This document shows, piece by piece, positions 54,859-64,000 of a stretch of 64,000 nucleotides of DNA (the first letter of the stretch is position 1; every line of letters starts with the position of its first letter). The notes under the pieces were generated by a model. The model was not told the origin of the DNA and searched no databases. It saw only the letters and a program-made list of their open reading frames with translations. A program made the position numbers and the translations under genes. The stretch is from Octopus vulgaris (lineage: Eukaryota). The stretch is from contig OX597833.1 in assembly GCA_951406725.2 (NCBI GenBank), positions 33,604,001-33,668,000 on the forward strand. Reading direction: 5' to 3'.

Positions 54859-54921
54859 TAATAAAACTCAGAGTTTCAGATGCCGGGGCTGAAGTCTGCT
54901 CTAGCATCTCATCAGTTATTA
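54859..54921 (-). ncRNA. type I hammerhead ribozyme, intact core
   Basis: TAATAA-CTGATGA-GATGC..GCATC-T-GAAA-CTCTGA-GTT-TTATTA; 6-bp helix I, 5-bp helix II, GUU site. Confidence 0.8.
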
Positions 54922-55747
54922 AGAATTTATTAAGGAAGTGGAAGAAAAAAAAAGATAGAAAGCTGTATGTCACATGTGAGCAAGGAGGAAGAGTGAGAGA
55001 GAGAGAGAAGGAATGGTGAAGGGGAGAGAAGAATTAGAGAAAGGATGGGAGAGAAAAACAGAAAGGAAGAATAACAAGAGAGGGAGATAGAATAGAGATA
55101 GGTTGTAGAGTGTGCATTAAGATAAAACTTACTTGGAAATGGATGCATGGCGTTTGATTATATAATAATATAAATAATATATATATATGCATATATACAC
55201 ACTCACATGTACACACCTACATATATATATGTATATATACATGCATATATGGGTAGAGGATGTCATGCATCCATTTATATATATATATATATACACACAA
55301 ACAGACGTGTGTGTGTGTGTGCATGCACGTGCATGTGTGCGTGTATGCATGTGCGTGGGTGTGGATGTGTACCAAAAGAAGTTATTTGATGGCATTCTTT
55401 TGTTTGAAGCAGGAAAATTGTCAACCGATCAAATGGTGGATCATTTGATTGTTCATTAATATCTGTAAAATTTTTTATTTCTTTATGCTTTGGAGAGAGC
55501 AGAGATTGAAAGAGAGGAGAAAATGAAAAGGCAACATTTGCTTGGAAGTGAGAGCAGAAAGTAAGAGATGTATGTGTGTATATGAAATGGAGATGTGTGT
55601 GTGAGAGAGAGAGTGAGTGAGTGAAGGTGTGTGTTGTAATGCATGTATTTTTTGCATGTATGTGTAAGTGGCACTCACTTGCTTTCTCTCTCTCTTTCAT
55701 ACACACACACACACACAATATCTTTCATATTCATGTACATAAATACA

Positions 55748-56112
55748 GGCACAGGAATGTCTGTGTGGTAAGTAGCTTGCTTACCAGCCACACGGTACCA
55801 GGTTCAGTCCCACTGCGTAGCACCTTGGGCAAGTGTCTTCTACTATAGCCTCAAGCTGACCAAAGCTTTGTGAGTGGATTTGGTAGACGGGAAACTGAAA
55901 GAAGCCCGTCATATGTATATATGTGTGTGTGTGCACATGTTTGTGTGTTTGTGATATCAGTGTGTTTACGTCCCCGTAACTTAGTGGTTTGGCAAAAAGA
56001 CTGATAGAATAAGTACTAGGCTTACAAAGAATAAGTCCTGGGGTTGATTTGTTCAAACTAAAGGCAGTGCTCCAGCATGGCCACAGTCAAATGACTGAAA
56101 CATATAAAAGAA
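55748..56112 (+). mobile_element. tRNA-derived SINE (family A), near consensus
   Basis: head, B-box GGTTCAGTCCC, body and AAAAGAAT tail. Confidence 0.8.
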
Positions 56113-58019
56113 TAAATGCATATGCATGAAAGAGAGGAGAAAGTGAAAGATGTATGTACGTGTATATGAAATGGATGTGTGTGTGTGTGTGAGAGAGAGA
56201 AAGAGTGAGTGAAGGTGTGTTGTCATATATGTATTTTTTTGCATGTATGTGTAAGTGGCACTCACTCAGTCTTTCTCTCTGATTCACACACACACATTTT
56301 TCATATACACATACATAAATACATACTTTTTCTATATATATGTGCATGTGAGAAAGAGAGAGCAAGTGACTGTATTTCATCATAACATATAGAGAAATGG
56401 GTGTTTTTTAAGGTAAACACTCATATAGAAAATGTGGTGTCGTCATTGTTGTCATCATGTTATAAAATGTTTATGATAGTTGACTTAAAGAAAAGATTAC
56501 AATGTAAAATTTTTGTAATGCAATGAAAATAAAGTATATTTGGTAGTTGTAAGATTACTGAATCTTTTGATACCCCATACATCAAAATCAGCAACTCAGT
56601 TTTTGAATGCATAAGTAAGATACACACACACACACACACACCTACAAACTCTCTTTTATATATATGGAATGTGTGGGGCTATTCATGTATGGAAGAAAAG
56701 GAAAGATATTATTTATAGTGTATTGTTTGAGTATGTTGGTAAAGTTTTAATAAATTTTAATACAGTGATTTGAAAACAAATATGAAAACGCTTTACCTTT
56801 CACTTGTTTAACATCTGTTGTTATTGTAAAAGTTTTCACTGAGCATACAATAGTTATATGTATGCGTTAAGTGATAGGAAGAAATGAAAGAAGAAAGTAT
56901 TAAAATTTTGTCTCCCCTACTCTGTCCCTGTCTCTCTCTCTCTCATTTCCTGTATGTCTGTCTCTTCATATCTTCTCCCCTTCCCTGATACCAGTCACCT
57001 CATTATGCCTCATTTCCCTGAACCTAACACTTTTGCACCCCTCTCTGTTTTATCATGCATTCAACACCTGGAAAGTTGTCATGTCCTAACAGATCCTCTC
57101 TGCTCATTGATGTCTGTTTGTTAACTGCTTTACAGAGAATGTTACCTCATAGTACCAGCAGACAAAATGGAAAGGTGTTGCCTCAAAGGATAGCGAGGGA
57201 AATACGCTGAAGAAGCCACTCTGATTCACAGGGCTCACACTTGCATACAGTAACCTCTGCCCCAATAGCAGTGAGCAGGGATATAGCCCCAATAGCGGTG
57301 AGCAGGGATATAGCCCCAAGAATGCTGGAGATAAACTTGTCAGAGAGTGACTATGGGTGCATCTTATTGTGGCAGCAACACAAGAGAAGTTGCCTTGTCT
57401 TCTCCAAAACTTAAGTGCCCTCCATACGTAATTTCTATTCATCAAGGGCAACATGGTGGACAGTTTATTTAGAAGAAGTGATGGCCAGAAGACAAAAGAG
57501 GAGATAGTATGAGTGAGTGTGGTGGAGGAAACAGAACAATAGGATGAAGAAAGACAGTGATAATATTAATTAATTCCTTTCTATTTTTTAAATGCAAGTT
57601 AAACCTCAGTAGGTGAAACTAAATATTCCTGTTGGAATATTGAAAAGACACTGCAAGTGAGAGGTGTCTACTCAGTCTCCTTTTTTGACCAACAAAATCA
57701 TCAAGTAATCCTCTATACTGGGATCATTAACTCTGGTAGCAATAATAGTCAATTCTCTTTTGAATCACTCTCTTCTTCCTTGTATTAGGACATGGCACAT
57801 TACATAATGTAACCCTAAATAACAAGATGGGATGGTCATGGCTGGAATGCCTTTCATCATAGGGACAACCTAGTAGTTAAATAAGGAAAGAGCCCCCATG
57901 CGGTCACTAGGTCTACTAAAGCAGTAACCAAATCTCTCTCAGACCATACCCTACCTTATTAATTTAAAAAGTGACATATTGAGTAGTGTACCCCAAACAG
58001 ATGAATAACAGACAATATA

Positions 58020-58582
58020 GCAAGTGAAATCAAAATCAAATTCGACAACTGGCATCCGTGCTAGCTGGGTGCAAAGAGCTCCAAAAGAGCACCATACAAG
58101 GGTGATCGTTGACAGAGGGGCTAACTGGCTTCCGTGCCAGTGGCACATAAAAGGGCACCATTTGAGTGTGATCATTACCAGCGTCGCCTTACTGGCACTT
58201 GTGCCCGTGCTTGTAGGGTGCCAGGAGCACCATCTGAGCGTGATCGTTGCCAGAGCAGCCAACTAGCTCCATGCCGGTGACACGTAAAAGGGCACCATTC
58301 GAGTGTGATCGTTACCAACGTCGCCTTACTGGCACCTGTGCCAGTGGCATGTGTAAAAAGATTCGAGCAAGGTTATTGCCAGTACCGCCTGTACCGGTGG
58401 CATGTAAAAAGCACCCACTACACTCTCAGAGTGGTTGGCGTTAGGAAGGGCATCCAGCTGTAGAAACTCTGCCAGATCAAGATTGGAGCCTGGTGCGGCC
58501 GTCTGGTTCACCAGCCCTCAGTCAAAATCGTCCAACCCATGCTAGCATGGAAGGCGAACGTTAAACGATGATGATGATGATG
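58020..58582 (+). mobile_element. RTE LINE 3' UTR with modular repeats and (GAT)n tail
   Basis: alternating ~60-65-bp modules (GCACCAT..GTGATCGTT) then shared tail. Confidence 0.75.
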
Positions 58583-59163
58583 GTCATGACTAGACTACCT
58601 TTTATTCTAAGTCTGCTTGAGACCAAACAAGAACAACATAGTCTTGAGTAGCTTTATGTTAGCTTTGGAATTTCTATAGGTTAAGTGAAAACACTAAACA
58701 TCTATAGTAAGCAGGTAATTGGGGTAAGTTACCCTACTAAAAAACACAAACCAAACTGGATACTCACCTTGTAAGTGGTAAGCAGGTAATTGTGGGTAGA
58801 ACAACCTGTTAAGCACACACTGAACTGGATTCCCACGTGTGTGTTTATAAACCCAGCTTGTTGATATTTAATATTATCTCCCAGATCAGTATTGAAGTAC
58901 TGTCAGACGGGATTAGCAGACAGTAAAAACTAAATATACGTTGTATAGTCGGATAAATCATTGACAAGAAACATCTATCAGGCGACACCGATCCCAATGG
59001 AAGGCATAGTAAGTGAGGTGACCGACGTAGCTCGGTTGATGATATTTCTTAAACATATTTAATATTTTTGTAATGGCACATATAAGGCATCGTAGCGTAG
59101 CGGTTAATTTTTCGGGCGATCTGTTTTCAATTCCTTGTCGCGTGATTTTAAGTTTGAAATCGG

Positions 59164-59196
59164 TATAAATACGGAACACGCTTGTCGTGTCAGTAC
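59164..59196 (+). promoter_or_regulatory. core promoter: TATA box plus TCAGT initiator
   Basis: TATAAATA at 59164; TCAGT at 59190-59194 (A at 59192, 28 nt from the TATA start); locally CpG-rich unique sequence. Confidence 0.55.
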
Positions 59197-59320
59197 ACTG
59201 TTCTCTTTCTTTCATTTCAAGCATGAAAAAAAAAAAAAAAAACTCTCTTATTCGCAAGGAAGACTGATCGGAAGTTGTGATACTAGTTCTATTCTAAGTG
59301 GAAGTGCTTCATTTCCTACT

Positions 59321-59337
59321 ATGAAGTGGCTCCAGAG
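59321..59337 (+). CDS. candidate coding start (MKWLQR) of a first exon ~59192-59337
   Basis: ATG AAG TGG CTC CAG AG/GTAACC donor downstream of the promoter. Confidence 0.4.
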
Positions 59338-60462
59338 GTAACCGGCTCTTCGAAGTCTTTAATACTTTACACCTACCATATGTGTGTACATACACGACGT
59401 ACCCAGTCACAAACGTTCTCATTGCTTCGCCTTGTTTACTCCCGAACTATATTCTTAGTTTTTTTCTTTTATTTTTATAAATTTAAATGTCTGACTTTTG
59501 ATTAACATCATGTCTGATTACCAAAGGAAAAACACCATGTCACTTGATGTCAGACATCGAAATACACGCAAACACAGACTCAGTTCGTGTATATCGATCC
59601 AACGATGGGTATGTTCGTGTATAATCACCTCGTGCGTGTAAACACTATCATTGGGGATACCGATGTTATTATATGCTCACCATCCATTGCTGATTATGTG
59701 AGACACGGGCAAAATGTACCTTTTTATCAGCTTAGTTAAATTTCTTCTGTGCGGTCAGAAGAAATTTAATGCGGTCTATTGCAATATTTATGTAATAGAC
59801 TAATATTGGAGGACAAGATCGCCAACTCAGATACTTGGCAGTACAAGATCTAAGATCAAATCAACAATGCTCAGTGACCGTCACTTGTGATGATTTGGTG
59901 TTGTGCATTGCATAGGCAGAGGAAGAGAGAGAGCGGGTTGAAAAGATAGAGGTCAATGATAAAATTGTTAAATAGGTATACGAAGTTGTCTTTTATTTAA
60001 CAAACAAATAGGCCCCACGGTTAGACCTCAAGCTTTCAAGTAGCTGGGAATGAAACCAAACTAGTTGGCTTTGTTTTTTATTAAAGAAACATCTGATTTC
60101 TGGGCTCTTCAATGTTCTATAATCTAACCATGGAGTTATCCCCCGAGATGAATCAATGATTTGCACAATGTCCATATTCACAACCCTACAGTCATTGGAC
60201 AGTACCTTAACTTTCACTTCTACCATGCACACAGTGTGAAGAAACGGATTGTTCACTGCCATTTGTTTTAGTACTTATTCTATTGGTCCTTTTTGCTAAA
60301 CTGCTACGGGATGTAAACCCACCAACACCGGTTGTCAAGTGGTGATAGGGACAAACACAGAAACAAAGGAAGGCACTTGTACGTATATATATATACATAC
60401 ATACATACATATATATACGTATATATATATACATACATATATATATGTACATACATATACAT

Positions 60463-60521
<59 letters not shown>

Positions 60522-60569
60522 AATAAATGAAAGAATGGAGTTGAACGACAAATTAACAAAATTCCTTTA

Positions 60570-60652
60570 TTTTCGACAAATGTTTCGAAGGCTGCATATT
60601 CCTAATTTCGAAGGAATAAGGAGTGCATTATGCCGCCTTCTCATCAGGAAAA
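60570..60652 (-). ncRNA. type I hammerhead ribozyme, intact core
   Basis: TTTTC-CTGATGA-GAAGGC..GCCTTC-GAAA-CATTT-GTC-GAAAA. Confidence 0.85.
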
Positions 60653-60753
60653 ACTTTTAGGTGACTGCCCACACAGAGCCCATAGCTATGGGCTCCGTGT
60701 GGGCAGTCATCTAAATGTTTTTGTGCATCTTGATGCTGACATAAGTTCCTTGT

Positions 60754-60834
60754 TTTTCCTGATGAGAAGGCGGCATAATGCACCCCTTATTCCTTCGAAA
60801 TTAGGAATATGCAGCCTTCGAAACATGTCGAAAA
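60754..60834 (+). ncRNA. type I hammerhead ribozyme, intact core
   Basis: TTTTC-CTGATGA-GAAGGC..GCCTTC-GAAA-CAT-GTC-GAAAA; palindromic ACATGT helix III. Confidence 0.85.
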
Positions 60835-61296
60835 TAAAGGAATTTTGTTAATTCGTCGTTCAACTCCATTCTTTCATTTATTTGTATTTAAAAAAAACAT
60901 ACAAATTTCCACACGATAGCACGTGATCTCTGCCCTAGGCATGTAGCTTCAACCATGTTTTTCTGACGTGAATTTGCTACCCAGGTATCGGTTAACCGAA
61001 TTATCCATAATAAGATAATTCTTTCAACTACTCAATTATATATATATAATTCCCACAGGAGGTTAAACATAGAGGGGACAAACAAGAACAGACAAAGGGA
61101 TTAAGCCGATTACATTGACTCCAGTGCATAATTGGTACTTATTTATTCAACCCCGAAAGGATGAAAGGCGAAGTTGACCTTGGCGGAATTTGAACTCAGA
61201 ACGTAACGGCAGAAGAAAAACCACTAAGCATTTTGCCCGGCATGCTAACGATTCTGCCAGCTCACCACCTTACATTCATATATATATATATATATA

Positions 61297-61328
<32 letters not shown>

Positions 61329-61449
61329 CACATATATATATCTGCACACTAGCTTAAAAGCCATCCGATATACATATTCGTATATGACGCCATGATAAAT
61401 CGTTAGCCACTACACACATTTTTTTTCTCAACTTGTTTTTTCTGTGTAC

Positions 61450-61485
61450 CTTTCTGTAGAAGAGCATAGGCTCGAAACGTAAAAG
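61450..61485 (+). ncRNA. minimal PLE-type hammerhead, A6 mutated
   Basis: CTTT-CTGTAGA-AGAGC-ATAG-GCTC-GAAAC-GTA-AAAG. Confidence 0.65.
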
Positions 61486-61662
61486 ACTTTTTCTATTCCT
61501 GAGCGCTATACTAATACATCTGTTTGTTTTGTACACCACCTGTCTTCGTCTTTTGTTTATTTCATAAACTTTCCCTATATATATATATTTTCATTTTCAT
61601 TTCATCTAGTTTCAGCTCACGAGCTGTGGCCATGCTGGGGCACCGCCATTATATATATATAT

Positions 61663-62712
61663 ATCATCATCATCGTCATTTAACATCCACTTTCCATGCA
61701 GGCTTGGGTTGGACAATTTAACTAAGAGCTGGCAAGCCAGAAGGCTGCGCCAGGCTCCAATCTAATCTAGCAAAGTTTTTACAGCTGGATGCCCTTCTTA
61801 ACACCAACCACTCTGTGAGTGCAGTGGGTGCTTTTTACTTGCCAACTACATGAGGGCCAGTCATGTGGTACTGGCATCGACCATGCTTGAAAGGTGCTTT
61901 TTACATATCACAGGCACAGGGAGCCAGTCAGGCGGCACAGGAACAGTCACGCTTGAATGATGCTTTTTGTGTGCCAATCAAGCAACAACAATAACTTCAC
62001 TTAACATGTTTTCAGAAGCGCAGTTTATTGCCCAATGATTAAAGTGTACTCTTAAATGGGCCAGTTATGCTTCACTGGCATAGGCCATAGTTATGGTCCC
62101 ACTTGGCTTCTCAAGCACAGCATATCTCCAAAAGTCTAGGTCACTTATCACCTCCATGACGCCCAGTGTTCAAAGGTCGTGCTTCACTACCTCATCCCAG
62201 GTCTACCTCTTCCACAGGTTCCCTCTACTACTAGGGTGTGACACTTTTTCATACAGCAGTCATCCTCCATATGCAACACATGACCATACCAGCGCACTCG
62301 TCTCTTTTGCACACCACATCTGATGCTTCTTATGTCCAACTTTTCTTTCAGGGTGCTTACACTCTTTCGTGTATGCACACTGACATTACACATCCAGCAG
62401 AGCATACTATCTTCATTCCTTATAAGCATGTCCTCAGCAGTCATGTCCCATGTTTCACTGCTATGTAGCATGGCTGCTCGCACACATGCATTATGCAGTC
62501 TACCTTTTACTCTGAGTGAGAGGCCCTTTGTTACCAGCAGAGGTAGGATCTCTCTGAACTTTGGCCAGGCTATTCTTATTCTAGCAGCTACACTCTCAGA
62601 GCATCCAGCTCTGCTACTGACTTGGTCGCCTAGGTAATGGGAGCTATCAACTACTTCTAGTTTTTCCCTCTGGCATATGACAGAAGCTGTTTTCTACCCA
62701 TTTTCAGTATTT
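61663..62712 (-). mobile_element. 5'-truncated RTE-clade LINE (RT C-terminus, 3' UTR, (GAT)n tail)
   Basis: AMLHSSETW..RNE.SML.WMCNV..RRVRWYGHVLHME..VEGTCGRGRP. Confidence 0.85.
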
Positions 62713-62804
62713 ATATATATATATATATAAATATATGTAGGTCCCGGGTTGAGTCGGGGTTAACCACAGTAAATAAGGTACTCAATACATAGCAGAGTAA
62801 ATTA

Positions 62805-62934
62805 ATTTATTTTATAGACGGAGTTTCTACAGGACTAGAACTGTTTCATTCAAAAGAAATCATCAGGAAGCTTCCTGATGATTTCTTTTGAATGAAACAG
62901 TTCTAGTCCTGTAGAAGCTCCTTCTATAAAATAA

Positions 62935-62936
<2 letters not shown>
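62805..62936. repeat. near-perfect 132-bp palindrome containing back-to-back hammerheads
   Basis: 66-bp arms centred on GGAAG|CTTCC (62870/62871); module lies between (TA)n tracts. Confidence 0.9.
62869..62919 (+). ncRNA. type I hammerhead ribozyme (mirror copy 62822-62872 on -)
   Basis: AGCTTC-CTGATGA-TTTCTTTTGAAT-GAA-ACAG-ttctagtc-CTGT-A-GAAGCT; GUA site; weak helix II. Confidence 0.75.
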
Positions 62937-62969
<33 letters not shown>

Positions 62970-63617
62970 CATATGTACATACACACACACATATATCTCC
63001 CCCTCACCATTTTCTATCTGTCTGTCCCTCCCTCTCCCTCCTTTACTCTCTCTCGCTCACACGTAATCATCATCCATCGTTCCTTTCCTCACATGATCTT
63101 TCTTTTCCCTCAATCTCTTGTGCAGTTCGGATGTATTTGTACCTGTCTCCTCTCTTTTTCTCTTTTCAAAGCATCTTCTTCAAGCGTTCACCAATTTTAC
63201 CTCGACTGTGCCTAATGGCCCTCCTAGTTTGTATTCATGTCATTTGGTTTGTTGTATGTCCTATATTTGTTACTAACTTTCACCCTCTGCAAATCCCAAA
63301 TCCTCAATTTTTATACTGCAGTTCGCAGGAGCAACTGCTTTCAAAGTCTTATCTTGTTGTTTGAATGCTTGAAATAAGGAGTAGGACAGCCAACAACTGA
63401 TGAAGGGTCGTTTTTTATGTTACTTTGTTTTCCATTCATTTCTCTCGCTTTTTGCGTACCCAACATTATTTTCGTATTTCATGTTTATTGATACTTTTGT
63501 GACATACTGTATCAATATATGCATAGCTATATACATATATATATCTATGTATGTACAAATGTGTGTGTGTGTATATATATGTATGTATATATACATATAT
63601 ATACTATATATATATAT

Positions 63618-63845
63618 ATCATCATCATCATCGTTTAACGTCCGTTTTCCGTGCTAGCACGGGTTGGACGGTTTCGACCGGGGTCTGGGGAGCTAGGGAC
63701 TGCCCCAGGCTCCAGTCTAGTCTGGCAGTGTTTCTACAGCTGGATGCCCTTCCTAACGCCAACCACTCCGCGAGTGTAGTGGGTGTTTTTTACGTGCCAC
63801 CTGCACAGGTGCCAGAGGGGTCTGGCATCGGCCACGTTCGGATGG
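63618..63845 (-). mobile_element. RTE-type 3' end, CpG-rich (young)
   Basis: reverse complement of the shared tail; (ATC)n at 63618. Confidence 0.75.
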
Positions 63846-64000
63846 TGACACACACACATATATATAGTAATAATAATAATAATATTAGGGAGTAAATCCA
63901 AACTTACAGGGAAAAATTAGTAGTTTTATCTCTAATTTAATATAATATATATATATATATATATATAGTCAACTGCTACAAGGGTAAAGTGATACTCTAG

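Larger units (their letters stand above)
60517..61040. mobile_element. PLE-like fold-back module with hammerheads on both strands
   Basis: ~137-bp inverted arms 60517-60654 and 60752-60887; spacer hairpin 60657-60714; (TA)n flanks. Confidence 0.8.

Noticed and set aside
57136-57414. Candidate phase-0 terminal exon RMLPHSTSRQNGKVLPQRIAREIR* with the frame staying open past the TGA
   Set aside because: Acceptor plausible but no recognisable homology; the extension includes a 27-bp duplication; no evidence for readthrough or SECIS
59993-60262. 89-aa - strand ORF in unique sequence
   Set aside because: No recognisable motif or convincing splice signals; starts at a SINE edge
63370-63410. Isolated CTGATGA motifs (also 17023 on - and 21929 on +)
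   Set aside because: No correctly placed GAAA/NUH with pairing helices, so not counted as hammerheads

Overview
AT-rich, microsatellite-saturated eukaryotic genomic DNA. The SINE, LINE and DNA-transposon repertoire is what I associate with Octopus (cephalopod) genomes; that assignment is inferred, not searched. Most ORFs in the supplied track are (TA)n/(CA)n translation artefacts. Real content: (i) three phase-consistent + strand exons of an unidentified proline-rich protein gene (36519-36613, 41867-42018, 47845-49154), plus a TATA+Inr promoter and candidate first exon at ~59164-59337; (ii) a complete but decayed 4.08-kb Gypsy-order LTR retrotransposon (43019-47095, - strand, 278-bp LTRs, AGCAC TSD) with a non-canonical primer-binding site; (iii) remnants of mariner, maT, Tigger, piggyBac-like, Helentron-like, RTE and CR1/L2-type elements and many tRNA-derived SINEs. 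The most striking signal is about 17 type I hammerhead-ribozyme motifs from roughly ten sequence families, about 9 with essentially intact catalytic cores. They sit in short Penelope-like (PLE) or retrozyme-like modules, mostly inside or beside (TA)n tracts, arranged as direct repeats (a 474-nt ribozyme-bounded monomer at 8123-8827) or as fold-back inverted repeats carrying ribozymes on both strands. Many have palindromic helix III and greatly expanded helix II. Coordinates were counted by hand; edges of degenerate repeats are approximate.
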